DNA of 60,277 nt from Candidatus Thorarchaeota archaeon (GCA_003345545.1 PRDH01000028.1:1-60277); one strand, 5' to 3'. Positions 37,609 to 48,335 are shown, counted from the first letter of the stretch. Numbers and translations are program-made. The notes: a model not told the origin generated them from the sequence alone.

Positions 37609-38661
37609 TCACTCAGTAGGCATCATGGAAGCTGCTGCTTTTGCTTTGCGTTCTGCTTGATAATAGAAGGCAAGAGACACTGTTAGGCACAGGGCACCCC
37701 AGACAGGAATGTAGAGGGGAGGGACTGAAAATCCAATCAACAGGTAAGATAGTGACAGAAACAGTCCCGTAAACAAGTGGTTCGTGACGGTCGAGGCGTA
37801 TGCTGGTGTCAATTGAAGTGATTCTTCATAGTGTGCTAGCGCGTACTTACAACCTAGCACGGCGACAGGTATTGTAGCTAGTCCCAGAACTGTATACCAA
37901 TATGTTGGGTTTAGAAAGACGGGCAGTAGTATCGAAACGTATAGTGCTGCCATCAAGACGACGTACCCTTTCGCGGCGCGTTTTCGACCAAGACGCACTA
38001 CCGCAGTCAACTTGCCGACTGACTTGTCAGCCTCATAGTCGGGAAACTCGTTGATGTACAAAACAGCTGTGATTAGAATTGCAATCGGAATGGAGGGGAA
38101 TATTGCTTCCCAAGCAAGCACCTGAGTCTGAACGAAGTAGGCACCAAGAGTCATGAGAACCCCAAAATTGAGCCCAACGAAAATCTCTCCGATACCTCTG
38201 TTCACTAGTCTAAAAGGTGGAGCAGTGTAGAAGAAACCCGAGCAGACACCAATGATTCCAATAATAAGGACCTCTACGCCTCTCGTGTACGCAAGATACA
38301 GACCTATGCCGCCGCCAAGGACGAAGAATACTATCGACTCCAGGAAGACCTCTCCTGGTGACAACCACCCCTTCTGTATCATCCTACTTCCCCCAGTGAA
38401 AGGACGCACATACTCCAGGTTGATATCGTCGGTGCCGCTTCTGTGGTCAAAATAGTCGTTAGCAACGTTAGATCCAATATGGATGAAGATGCCTGCAGCG
38501 AGGGTCAGAAGAAAGATATCGAGAAGGAACGTACCTGTTGACGCCCAGGCCACGCTTGTTCCAAGAACCACAGGCACGATAGCGCCCGTTAAGAAGGGTG
38601 CGCGCACCTCAGCCAGCCAGACTCTGATTTTCGAAGGTTTTTCATCCGTCAAATCAATCAC
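37609..38661 (-). CDS. menA: 1,4-dihydroxy-2-naphthoate polyprenyltransferase (UbiA family)
   Basis: NVANDYFDHRSGTD, GGSR, YTAPPF...GIGE, NEFPDYEADKSVGKLT..VRLG. Confidence 0.88.
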   Translation of the reverse strand: MIDLTDEKPSKIRVWLAEVRAPFLTGAIVPVVLGTSVAWASTGTFLLDIFLLTLAAGIFIHIGSNVANDYFDHRSGTDDINLEYVRPFTGGSRMIQKGWLSPGEVFLESIVFFVLGGGIGLYLAYTRGVEVLIIGIIGVCSGFFYTAPPFRLVNRGIGEIFVGLNFGVLMTLGAYFVQTQVLAWEAIFPSIPIAILITAVLYINEFPDYEADKSVGKLTAVVRLGRKRAAKGYVVLMAALYVSILLPVFLNPTYWYTVLGLATIPVAVLGCKYALAHYEESLQLTPAYASTVTNHLFTGLFLSLSYLLIGFSVPPLYIPVWGALCLTVSLAFYYQAERKAKAAASMMPTE

Positions 38662-38783
38662 AACTCGTGGACTTGAAATCCTTGTAGTTCCAAGAAAAGA
38701 CTTACTAAAGGGTGCGATTGGTGCAAAAACGACACTGCTTTAAGGCACATACAGTCTGAACCAAAACCTGAGGAGTACGTCTG

Positions 38784-39821
38784 ATGTCAGAGCGCCCAAC
38801 TGTTCACACTGAGTATGAAATGCAGACATCAGAACCCTGGCAGTCAGATTCTTCGGGTTTTCTGGAGAATGAGAAGATAAGAACAAGAATCAATCTCATT
38901 AACGAGGAAATCAAACGCTGCCTTTTGGATGAAGATGGAGAACCCAAGCAACTCTATGAAACGGTCCGTCATCTGATTCTTGCAGGTGGCAAGAGACTAA
39001 GATCCCTTTTGCTAATACTCGGTTGCGAGGCAGTGGGTGGGACTCTAGTGGACGCATTGCCTTTTGCAGTTGCCACTGAGTTCATACAGACTGCTAGTCT
39101 GATCCATGATGATGTCATTGATGAAGATGATTTGCGTCGTGGAGTCGAAACTACGCACAAGAAGTACGGAGAGAAGATGGCCATAATCTCGGGAGACCTG
39201 CTCGTCGGCCTGGCAATCAAGTTGATAGGAGAGAGAGCAACTCCCCAACTTCTGACCAGTGTTGCCACAGCTGGTATCCGGATGTGTGAAGGTGAAGCCG
39301 CAGACCTCTTGATGAGTCAAAACAAAGCTCAAACCTACACAACAAAAGCCGCTCTGGATATTATAAGAATGAAAACAGTCGCGTTCATGACTTACGCCGC
39401 GAAGGTGGGAGCGATTCTGGGTAAGGCGACTGAGGAGCAATCAGAACTGTTAATGAAGTATGCTGAGGATCTCGGTTTCTCGTTTCAAATTCGTGATGAC
39501 ATACTCGATATAGTTGCTACCCAGAATGGAACAGGAGAGACTGGTTTATCCGATCTGAACAGGAATGTAAGTAATTTCGTGCTTGCACATACTATAGAGA
39601 GCAGTTCTCCAAGAAAGAAGAAGGAACTCATTCGGAAATTGGACGAGGGCGATGTAGACTTTGCCTTCGAACGAATCAAAGAAATGAAGTCTATTGAATA
39701 CGCCACGGAAACTGCCAAGGAGTTTATGGAAGCTGCTAAGGACAGGATTCGTGGTACCAACTTCTCAAACGGCGAGTTGCTAATGCTTCTCGCAGACTTC
39801 GCAGTAAAACGGCAATACTGA
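38784..39821 (+). CDS. trans-polyprenyl diphosphate synthase (long-chain type)
   Basis: GGKRLR, TASLIHDDVIDED.LRRG, FQIRDDILD. Confidence 0.88.
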   Translation: MSERPTVHTEYEMQTSEPWQSDSSGFLENEKIRTRINLINEEIKRCLLDEDGEPKQLYETVRHLILAGGKRLRSLLLILGCEAVGGTLVDALPFAVATEFIQTASLIHDDVIDEDDLRRGVETTHKKYGEKMAIISGDLLVGLAIKLIGERATPQLLTSVATAGIRMCEGEAADLLMSQNKAQTYTTKAALDIIRMKTVAFMTYAAKVGAILGKATEEQSELLMKYAEDLGFSFQIRDDILDIVATQNGTGETGLSDLNRNVSNFVLAHTIESSSPRKKKELIRKLDEGDVDFAFERIKEMKSIEYATETAKEFMEAAKDRIRGTNFSNGELLMLLADFAVKRQY

Positions 39822-39832
39822 TCTAGCTCACA

Positions 39833-41023
39833 CTACATGAACTGATACAACAGCTTAACGAAGGTTTTTGATGCTAAATCAACAGGAAGAGGCAGACGGC
39901 ACCGAATCAATGGCTCAAGAAATCTGACTCCTGCCAGATTCATACAGATATCAGTAATGACATCTGATGGCATGACTACGTCTGCAACTCTAAGGACTCT
40001 TAGTGCAGTTTCTAATTCCTGACCAAACTCAGCTCTCCACATCTGTTCATAGGAGGAGAGGGATTCGTTCTCTGTCAGGTACTTAACAACGGATTCCCCT
40101 GCGATACGGCCTCCGCATAGTGCAGTTGGAATTCCGCCTCCATTTGATGCCATTACGTGCCCAGCTGCATCCCCAACCAATAGCGCATTTTGAAACCACG
40201 TTTCGTGAAGTGGACCTCCCATAGGGATTATCGCACCTGTTTTTCGAACAATCTTCGCACTCTCGATCTTCTGTGCCAGCAAGACAAAAACAAACCGTTC
40301 TAGATACCGTCTAAGAGGAGTTGCATCTCCACCAACACTTCGTCTCATCCCAAAACCGATGTTGGCTAGCCCATCACCCTTAGGTATGACCCATGCATAT
40401 CCTCCAGGTGCTATCTTCTCGCCAAAGTACATCTCAACAACAGATGGGTCCACATCGACCCCACTCATTACGTATTGCAGGGCAGGACTGAGGTCTGACT
40501 CGGAGTGAATGAATCTCAGTCCCATCGAACGAGCCACGACGGATCTAGGTCCATCAGCTCCAATGATAGCATTAGCAGTGACTTTGTGTGTCGTATTCTG
40601 AGTTCTGACAGTGAGTTCATTTTTCCCTGGTCGTTTCAGCACGGTTGAACGCAGCTGAACCTCAGCACCAGCATCAACAGCGTTCTGCGCAAGTTGTCTG
40701 TCGAATCTGGACCTGTCAACAATGTTAGCCTCAAAGGGAAACTCAAATGTGCTGCCATTTGGCGAAATCAGGCGAATGGATTTCGTTCTGTTTGTGATGA
40801 ATTCTCTTGGCACATTTACAGCTTTAGGCATCATTTTGGAACGAGGAAACAGCCTCCGTGTTTCTGATGGCGTGGGGATGAGCTCGCCACACTGGACTGG
40901 CGTGCCCACTATAGACCTTCGATCGAGAACGAGTGCTCGTAAATTGCTACTGGCAACTATCTGAGCTGCAGTAGACCCTGCTGGTCCCGCTCCAACCACT
41001 GCAACATCATAAGGTTGACTCAT
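39833..41023 (-). CDS. Geranylgeranyl reductase family flavoprotein
   Basis: VVGAGPAG, PVQCGE, DRSRFD, GADG, PGGYAWVIPKG, LVGDAAG. Confidence 0.9.
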   Translation of the reverse strand: MSQPYDVAVVGAGPAGSTAAQIVASSNLRALVLDRRSIVGTPVQCGELIPTPSETRRLFPRSKMMPKAVNVPREFITNRTKSIRLISPNGSTFEFPFEANIVDRSRFDRQLAQNAVDAGAEVQLRSTVLKRPGKNELTVRTQNTTHKVTANAIIGADGPRSVVARSMGLRFIHSESDLSPALQYVMSGVDVDPSVVEMYFGEKIAPGGYAWVIPKGDGLANIGFGMRRSVGGDATPLRRYLERFVFVLLAQKIESAKIVRKTGAIIPMGGPLHETWFQNALLVGDAAGHVMASNGGGIPTALCGGRIAGESVVKYLTENESLSSYEQMWRAEFGQELETALRVLRVADVVMPSDVITDICMNLAGVRFLEPLIRCRLPLPVDLASKTFVKLLYQFM

Positions 41024-41077
41024 GAGTAGCTACTCCATGAGGTGAATGGTTACTGCATGTATAAAGTATTTTGAAAC

Positions 41078-42016
41078 TCAGACAATCGGTTGAATTTCAC
41101 TATCCGCACGGGTTCTTAATCGCGGTATTAGTATTACGATCATGGCCACGACTCCTCCTATTATAAGCAGCCAGCCGTGATCGATGAGGGGTCCTTGGCT
41201 ATTTCGAATTTGACCATTGAACACAATGACATCCTGCGTGAACTGACTGATGTTGAACTCCCATATTGCTTCAGTTATGATTCCATCCTGCGACACAGTC
41301 AGCGTTTCATTGGGGGAAAACTCTGTTTCAAGAAATGCGGCATGTTCGATGAGGCGAAGGTGTATCTTCTCATGAGTGTCACCTATGAAAGTCCGAGCAC
41401 TTCCTACGATGTAATAGTACTGGAACAGGTCGATATCCGTCAGGATGTAGACTGAGTCAGAAACTACTGTGAAGATGAGAGTTGTATTTGCTGTGAGTTC
41501 AAGATCAAATACGGCAAAGTCTGCAAACGGATGAACAAATGGGGCATGGTATAGAAAATCATCAATAAACCCGCTTTCGATAAAATCATCCCAAAACACG
41601 ATTGTGTAATTCATTATGGTCGCATTTGCTATGATCTGCATAGTCCCATTGGTCTGAAAGGATATTGGATTGCCAGAAACATCTGTCGAATTGTACACAA
41701 TGCCGATTCGGTTGAAAGAAGGATACATAAATGCCAAAGTCGCATTCTGTGTGATATTTGAATAGACTGCAAACACGGCGGTCATGTTCACCGTTGCACA
41801 GTCTATTAGTCTAGTGATATTGATGCTGACGTCTGCATAGGGCATGTTGATATCAGTCCCATTGTGAAACGTAGAACCCTCCTGCATCATCGCTACATTC
41901 CCAATGTTAGCGTCGCACGTCGGAATCTCGATGGATACAACTGTCAGGGACAGCAAACTGATGGCGAGGAGCAGCGCTACCATTCTTCGCTCCATAAGCC
42001 CATCAACTAGTATCAA
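41078..42016 (-). CDS. Secreted, C-terminally anchored hypothetical glycoprotein
   Basis: Signal peptide, many N-x-S/T sequons, C-terminal TM plus basic residues. Confidence 0.65.
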   Translation of the reverse strand: MILVDGLMERRMVALLLAISLLSLTVVSIEIPTCDANIGNVAMMQEGSTFHNGTDINMPYADVSINITRLIDCATVNMTAVFAVYSNITQNATLAFMYPSFNRIGIVYNSTDVSGNPISFQTNGTMQIIANATIMNYTIVFWDDFIESGFIDDFLYHAPFVHPFADFAVFDLELTANTTLIFTVVSDSVYILTDIDLFQYYYIVGSARTFIGDTHEKIHLRLIEHAAFLETEFSPNETLTVSQDGIITEAIWEFNISQFTQDVIVFNGQIRNSQGPLIDHGWLLIIGGVVAMIVILIPRLRTRADSEIQPIV

Positions 42017-42146
42017 TCAGTAAGGGCTTGGGCATTTCTTCTTTGTTGTGTAGGCAATGAAACAACGGTCAGACTTTGCAGGAGAACTCACAAGGCGATG
42101 CGATTATTAGAGAGTCAGCTGAATCCAAAAGAGGCAGGGAGTCACC

Positions 42147-44747
42147 ATGACCAAGCAAACACCGATGCAGCGGCAGTATCTTCAACTGAAGAAACAGTAC
42201 CCGGACTGCATTCTGATGTTCAGACTTGGTGACTTCTACGAGATGTTCAATGAGGACGCAAAGACTGCAAGTAAAGCGTTGGATATCGTTCTGACTGCAA
42301 GGGGAGAGGGAGTCAACCGCTGGCCGCTTTGCGGGGTTCCCTTCCATGCTGTGGATGGATACGTTGCCAAGTTGTTACAGCAGGGCTACACGGTAGCAAT
42401 GGCGGACCAGATGGAGGACCCCGCACAAGCAAGAGGTCTCGTCAAGCGAGATGTTGTTAGAGTCATTACACCTGGAACTGTCTTGGAGAGCTCTATGCTT
42501 GAAGATGCTACAAATAACTACCTAGCCGCAGTAATTGAACACTCAGGAGCCGTTGGTATAGCCGCGGCTGATGTATCCACAGGTGAATTCCTGGCAACGG
42601 AGATTGAGGGAGGCGTTGAAAGCGAGTCGGTAATGAACGAAATAGGCAGACTTGCTCCCTCTGAGATACTCCTGCCCGATGTTCTAGCCAAGTCAAAAGC
42701 ATGGAAGATACTGCATGAAACAGGAACTCATATCACGTTCAGAAACGATATGGACTTCTCTGTGGCAAACGCAGAAGCAGCGCTAAAAGAGCACTTTGGA
42801 GTTGCCACACTCGAAGGCTACGGTATCACAGACAGGACATTGGCATTAGGAGCAGCAGGTGCCGTTCTATCGTACTTAAAGGATGTACACAAGACGAATA
42901 CAGTTGCTCTCTCAGGACTCAGAGCATACACTGTCGATGCCCATCTGGTAATCGACAGTCAGACGCAGAGGAATCTTGAGCTCATCAAGAATGCAAGGGA
43001 CGGGACACCTCGGGGAACGCTTCTTAGTGTCCTATCGAGAACAGTCACGCCCATGGGAAAGCGCAAGATGAAGCAGTGGATTCTGCAACCCCTTCGAGAT
43101 GTAGAAGCGATTGAAAAGAGATTAGACGCTGTGGAAGAGCTGGCACGAAACGCGCTCACACGTCAAAGTATTGCGGGAAGCCTGAGGGACGTTGGAGACC
43201 TCGAGAGGATCACCAGCAGAATCGTCTTTGGAGCATCTGGGGCGAGAGACCTTCTTGCACTAAGGAATTCCCTCTCTAAGTTGCCAGCAGCCAGAGAAGC
43301 ACTCTCATCCTGCAAAGCCAAAATCATACGGGACTCCGCAGAGTCTATAGATCCATTGGCTGATCTTCATGCTACACTCAGGTTGGCCGTAGTAGACGAT
43401 CCTCCGATTTCAGTGAGAGAAGGAGGGATGATAAAACGAGGATTCAGCAAAGAACTTGACTCACTGATGGAATCCATCGCCTCTGATAAGAAATGGATTG
43501 CAGCGCTTCAAGAAACCGAGAGAAGAAGAACGGGTATCAAGTCTCTGAAGGTCGGATTCAACAAGGTCTTTGGATACTACATCGAAATCTCGAGGGCGAA
43601 CGTCAATATGGCGCCAGACGAGTACGAGAGGAAACAGACTCTAGCCAACGCAGAGAGATTCATCACACCAGACCTCAAAGAGAAAGAATCAGCAGTACTA
43701 GCTGGCGAGGAGCGCATCAACAAGCTGGAGTCTGAAATCTACGAACACCTTCGCGAGAAGGTTCGCGATGCATCGAGCATACTTCGTGATGACTCAAGCA
43801 CATTAGCTACTGCTGACGTTCTAGTATCGCTTGCCGATGTGGCTGTGACAGGGAGGTACTGCAGACCAATTCTGACGGATGGCACACGCATCAAAGTCAT
43901 AGATGGCAGGCATGCGGCACTTGAGGTCATGCTGGGTCCAAATGAGTTCGTGCCTAACGGCGTTGAAATTGGTGACGGGGGCACGACTCTAATTATAGTC
44001 ACTGGACCGAATATGGCCGGCAAGTCGACCTGGATGCGACAGTGCGCAATCATCGTACTCCTTGCCCAGATGGGTTCCTTTGTGCCGGCGAAGAGTGCTG
44101 AGATAGGCATTGTAGACAGAATCTTCACGCGAGTTGGCGCTTTTGATGACCTGACCGCACGACAGAGTACATTCATGGTAGAGATGATAGAGACAGCAAA
44201 CATCCTCAACAATGCTACTGAGAGAAGCCTTGTGGTGCTCGATGAGATAGGAAGAGGGACATCAACGTTCGATGGCATGGCACTAGCATGGGCAGTTGCT
44301 GAACGAATCATCCAGTTGAAGACACGAACCCTATTCGCGACTCATTTCCATCAGCTCACCGATATGGCCGCTGAGTTCCACGGTGTCAAGAACGTGCACA
44401 CTCTGGCAAAGGAAGTCGGCGACAAGATCATCTTCATGCATAAGGTTGTTGAAGGCGGGACTGACAAGAGCTATGGAATTCATGTAGCGGCTCTGGCAGG
44501 AATTCCTGAACCAGTCGTCATACGGGCGAAGCAGATTCTTCAGAAGATTGAGAAGGAAAACAGGGTCACGGTTGGCGAATCTATTACGAACTTCGGTAAG
44601 ACTGAGCAGGCCAGCCTTGAGCCATTGGTCATAGAGGACCCTCTCGTGGAGAGAATAAAGAATATAGATCTCGACAGAACAAGTCCGATGGATGCCCTAC
44701 TTCAGCTCAAAGAGATGCAGGAGGACGCAAAGAAGCGGAAAGGCTGA
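42147..44747 (+). CDS. mutS: DNA mismatch repair protein MutS (MutS1)
   Basis: TPMQRQY, GDFYEMF mismatch motif, TGPNMAGKST, STFMVEM, DEIGRGT, SYGIHVA. Confidence 0.97.
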   Translation: MTKQTPMQRQYLQLKKQYPDCILMFRLGDFYEMFNEDAKTASKALDIVLTARGEGVNRWPLCGVPFHAVDGYVAKLLQQGYTVAMADQMEDPAQARGLVKRDVVRVITPGTVLESSMLEDATNNYLAAVIEHSGAVGIAAADVSTGEFLATEIEGGVESESVMNEIGRLAPSEILLPDVLAKSKAWKILHETGTHITFRNDMDFSVANAEAALKEHFGVATLEGYGITDRTLALGAAGAVLSYLKDVHKTNTVALSGLRAYTVDAHLVIDSQTQRNLELIKNARDGTPRGTLLSVLSRTVTPMGKRKMKQWILQPLRDVEAIEKRLDAVEELARNALTRQSIAGSLRDVGDLERITSRIVFGASGARDLLALRNSLSKLPAAREALSSCKAKIIRDSAESIDPLADLHATLRLAVVDDPPISVREGGMIKRGFSKELDSLMESIASDKKWIAALQETERRRTGIKSLKVGFNKVFGYYIEISRANVNMAPDEYERKQTLANAERFITPDLKEKESAVLAGEERINKLESEIYEHLREKVRDASSILRDDSSTLATADVLVSLADVAVTGRYCRPILTDGTRIKVIDGRHAALEVMLGPNEFVPNGVEIGDGGTTLIIVTGPNMAGKSTWMRQCAIIVLLAQMGSFVPAKSAEIGIVDRIFTRVGAFDDLTARQSTFMVEMIETANILNNATERSLVVLDEIGRGTSTFDGMALAWAVAERIIQLKTRTLFATHFHQLTDMAAEFHGVKNVHTLAKEVGDKIIFMHKVVEGGTDKSYGIHVAALAGIPEPVVIRAKQILQKIEKENRVTVGESITNFGKTEQASLEPLVIEDPLVERIKNIDLDRTSPMDALLQLKEMQEDAKKRKG

Positions 44748-44767
44748 ATCTGCCACTGACATGTAAA

Positions 44768-46177
44768 TCACTTTGCCTCAGCTGTCTCCCTGGTCGATCT
44801 GAGCTCCACTTCCAGTTCTTCAACATTGACCCTCGGTTCAATGCTCTTGGTAGCAAGAATGGCCAAGATTACAATGTTTAGAATAATAGCACCAAGAATG
44901 AGTGGAACGCCTTCATAATAGGTGTAGATCAAACCTGAGAAGATAGGGGCGATCGTACCGACAATCAGGACAAGAAGCGTTGAAAGCCCTAGCATCTTGC
45001 CGAGGTCTTCCCTTGGCAGGGATTTCTGGATATAGGCATTTATCGTTGTCCCCCACAGATTATCATTGGTTGTCTTCATGGCAGTAGCAATGAACGCAAG
45101 CGAGAGCACCACTCCGAAACCAGGGTATATACTATCGAGAACTGCCACCCAGGATTCTGGAGCAATGTACTTCACGTGCTGGGCAATGAGTAGCAGACTT
45201 AGAGCAACTGGCATGACTGAGTATACTGCAATGGTAATCCTCCTTCCGCCCCTCTTATCGAATGCGCGACCCAATAGAAGCGTTAATGGAACGGACAGCG
45301 CGAGGGTAATCAGCACCATCAAGAATATTTGACCTATGTCGAACTCCAAGGTTTCATTCACGTAGAATAGACTGGAGTATCCATACATGTTATCGCTAAG
45401 AGCGTCGATCATCATCACAAGAATGAACACCGGGAATATCCTCACAAGTAATCTTAGTCCTCTCAGGCTCTCTTTTACAAAGTCTCTGATTATTGACGAG
45501 TCTCGTTCTCTCTCGGGAATTGGTGTTGAATCAAGCCAGATTATTCTGATGATGGTTGTGAACAAAAAGGCAACAGCGCCGAAGAAGAACACTGCTCTCA
45601 TTATCAGAATGAATTCCCATCCACTGTTGAACATGATGCCCATGGCAAAGAGCGGACCAAGTCCGAAAAGAGCTCCTAGGGTGAAGTGTGACACTGCGAC
45701 GCCACCGTACTTCCGGTCGGTCACCTGAAATATGTAGGCTGTGCCGCCTTGGCTTGTGAAATTCCCTGAGGCCATGGTGAGCAGTCCTAGAGCAACTAGC
45801 TCAATCCTATCAGCAAGGGAAAGGATTAGAAAACCAACGCCATTAAAGACCATAGTGGCAATCGCGAGATTTCTCCGATTGTAGTTGTCAGCGAGATAAC
45901 TGGCGACCAGGTTTCCAACAAGTGTTACAGCTGTCATTAGCGAAAACAGCAGACCCAGTGTGACATAGGCGATACCGAGGTCGCGGAGATACAGACTGAG
46001 AAACGTCCATACAACGTTGAGACTCGCCATGATCCAATTTGTTATTATGAAGACCTTGAAGTTCTTGTTTGACATCAACTTTCGAACGGTTTGACTCCAA
46101 GCATCATCCCTTGTTTGTTCAGAGGGGGGGTTGGGCACTTCTATTGGAATATCACTTGGCTCATCGACCATGACCAA
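44768..46177 (-). CDS. MFS transporter
   Basis: About 12 TMs, YLADNYNRR and FDKRGGRR loop motifs. Confidence 0.85.
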   Translation of the reverse strand: MVMVDEPSDIPIEVPNPPSEQTRDDAWSQTVRKLMSNKNFKVFIITNWIMASLNVVWTFLSLYLRDLGIAYVTLGLLFSLMTAVTLVGNLVASYLADNYNRRNLAIATMVFNGVGFLILSLADRIELVALGLLTMASGNFTSQGGTAYIFQVTDRKYGGVAVSHFTLGALFGLGPLFAMGIMFNSGWEFILIMRAVFFFGAVAFLFTTIIRIIWLDSTPIPERERDSSIIRDFVKESLRGLRLLVRIFPVFILVMMIDALSDNMYGYSSLFYVNETLEFDIGQIFLMVLITLALSVPLTLLLGRAFDKRGGRRITIAVYSVMPVALSLLLIAQHVKYIAPESWVAVLDSIYPGFGVVLSLAFIATAMKTTNDNLWGTTINAYIQKSLPREDLGKMLGLSTLLVLIVGTIAPIFSGLIYTYYEGVPLILGAIILNIVILAILATKSIEPRVNVEELEVELRSTRETAEAK

Positions 46178-46431
46178 TCAGGCCACCTGACGCAATGTAA
46201 GTTGAGAAAGTGTGAAAGAAATCGCAAATGAGCGCCTAATGAACGTCGCGATGAACGCATGACTTCCCGGCAATTCAGGCCGGTCTTCTTCGCTGTGCAG
46301 GACACGCTCCGAGGTCCATGACTATGAAGAACTTCCTGTGTATCTAACCAAATCGAAAGCTATTTTAGTTACGATTTGTAACCATTTTGTTATTCATTAT
46401 AGTTAAGCACATATAGAAGGCTTGAAGGAAA

Positions 46432-47127
46432 ATGGAACTAACCACCAAGAAATGGCTGAGTATCATCGTTGTCTTGCTCGTTGACATAGTATTGACTGCA
46501 ATGATTTTTCTTGCACTAGTACCTCAATGGGCAGTACCTGACGCCGACTTGATGATACCGAACCTCACACTCTACATGTCACCACTGATTGCCCTTGCAA
46601 TCATATTGGTGCCAACACTTGTAATCCTCAGGTTTGGATGGCCCGATAGAATCAAACTTGAGATGTTCTTGTTTCCGCTAAGAATTGGACTTGCATTCGA
46701 GTTCCTCCATGGCGGACTTGAGAAACTCATTGATACAACGTATTTGGCTACTCCAGGACTCATAGGGGTTGGTGCTGCTGCAGCTCCGAGCCCATGGATT
46801 CGTGACATAATGACCGCAATGCTTCCAAACTACGGAGCATTTCTTTTGTTAATTGCAGTGGGAGAATTCTTAGTAGGCCTCTCGTTGTTGCTTGGCGGAT
46901 TCACGAGATTAGGAGCAATTGGTGGAGTTCTACTACAATGGACATTCCTCTTCTTGCTTGGTTGGCTGAGCGTGTCAACATTTGGTATCAACTTCATAGG
47001 CGCAGTAGCTTTCCTGGTCCTTGGGATGTATAGATCAGGTCGTTTCTTAGGGGTTGACCAGATAATTGGACCAAGGCTTGATGGATCAGAGAACAGATTA
47101 CTGAAGTCCTTTGGACTACTGACTTGA
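46432..47127 (+). CDS. DoxX/DoxD family membrane protein with two extra N-terminal TMs
   Basis: LRIGLAFEFLHGGLEK, GEFLVGLSLLLGGFTR, GRFLGVD. Confidence 0.75.
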   Translation: MELTTKKWLSIIVVLLVDIVLTAMIFLALVPQWAVPDADLMIPNLTLYMSPLIALAIILVPTLVILRFGWPDRIKLEMFLFPLRIGLAFEFLHGGLEKLIDTTYLATPGLIGVGAAAAPSPWIRDIMTAMLPNYGAFLLLIAVGEFLVGLSLLLGGFTRLGAIGGVLLQWTFLFLLGWLSVSTFGINFIGAVAFLVLGMYRSGRFLGVDQIIGPRLDGSENRLLKSFGLLT

Positions 47128-47137
47128 AAGAAAAGTA

Positions 47138-47171
47138 TTGATGAGGGTCTGGTATTGTCCGCCCTCATCAA
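47138..47171. terminator. Inverted repeat immediately after the DoxX gene
   Basis: TTGATGAGGG-N14-CCCTCATCAA perfect 10-bp arms. Confidence 0.45.
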
Positions 47172-47255
47172 AATCCGCATATGATACGAGAAAATCAATA
47201 TTCGGAAGGCTATCGCGAAACAATTCCTTGACTGCGATTTGGGAGGACTCTTGAA

Positions 47256-48335
47256 TTGACGAATGAAAACGAACAAGAATATGTCGGAACTGTGAGTAGG
47301 AAAGACAATGCTTGGTCAGAAGAATCTCTACCTGGAGAAGTCGTGTTCACGGACTTCGATAAGATTGCCACGCCTTCCCAATTAACCAGACTACAAGAGC
47401 GAATACAATACGTCAATTCACAAATTGAAGGATTCATCAAAGAAAATCAGGGCGAACCGAAAGTACTTTACGAAGCAGCAAATCACCTGCTAATGGCAGG
47501 AGGGAAGCATGTTCGTGCACTTCTATCCCTTTTGGCCTGTGAAGCAGTTGGCGGGAAACTCGAAGATATCGGACCAATTGCTTTGGCTGAGGAGTTGCTT
47601 CAAACAGCGAGCTTGATTCACGATGACATTATCGATAGAGATGAGCTCCGAAGAGGCGTGCAAGCAGTTCACAAGAAGTATGGTGAACAGGTAGCAATCA
47701 TTGCAGGAGACCTATTGATTGCGCAAGCCATCCGACTCATTGGAGATCACGGGACACCTGAGCTCATCACACGGATTGGGAGGAGTGGTGTGAAAATGTG
47801 TGAAGGTGAAATTGCCGATATCGTGTTTGTTCCAGAGGTATCAGAGCCATTCAGCACAGATGAGTACCTGATGATGGTGGGATTGAAGACAGTTGCCTTC
47901 ATGAGAGAGGCCGTGAGAACGGGAGCTATGATTGGCAACGCATCACAAGAACAGGTTGACGCGTTGACTCAATATGCAGAGATGCTCGGATTTGCGTTTC
48001 AGATTCGTGATGATATGCTAGATGTCATTGCATCCACAAAGGAAATCGGAAAACCAGTACTATCAGACTTGCAGAAACGTAGAAGGAACTACCTCCTCAT
48101 GCATGCCCTCGAGTCGGCCTCAGAAACTCGCCGGAAACAATGCCTAGAGGAATTATCAGCAGGAAACGTCAGGGATGCACTTGTACTGATCGGAGAAACA
48201 GACTCAGTAGCTTACGCTGATGAATTAGCACAGGAATACATTGTAAGAGCGAAAGCTGCATTGAAGGGCCAAGACTTCGCTGAGAAAGATCTTCTCGAAT
48301 TGCTTGCAGACTATGCGATAAAGAGAGAAAGATGA
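47256..48335 (+). CDS. trans-polyprenyl diphosphate synthase, paralog of 38784..39821
   Basis: GGKHVR, TASLIHDDIIDRD.LRRG, FQIRDDMLD, GKPVLSDL. Confidence 0.88.
   Translation: MTNENEQEYVGTVSRKDNAWSEESLPGEVVFTDFDKIATPSQLTRLQERIQYVNSQIEGFIKENQGEPKVLYEAANHLLMAGGKHVRALLSLLACEAVGGKLEDIGPIALAEELLQTASLIHDDIIDRDELRRGVQAVHKKYGEQVAIIAGDLLIAQAIRLIGDHGTPELITRIGRSGVKMCEGEIADIVFVPEVSEPFSTDEYLMMVGLKTVAFMREAVRTGAMIGNASQEQVDALTQYAEMLGFAFQIRDDMLDVIASTKEIGKPVLSDLQKRRRNYLLMHALESASETRRKQCLEELSAGNVRDALVLIGETDSVAYADELAQEYIVRAKAALKGQDFAEKDLLELLADYAIKRER

Noticed and set aside
41078-42016. Mobile or foreign insertion (looks AT-richer)
   Set aside because: No transposase, integrase, terminal repeats or target duplication; the composition is explainable by an Asn/Ile/Phe-rich protein.
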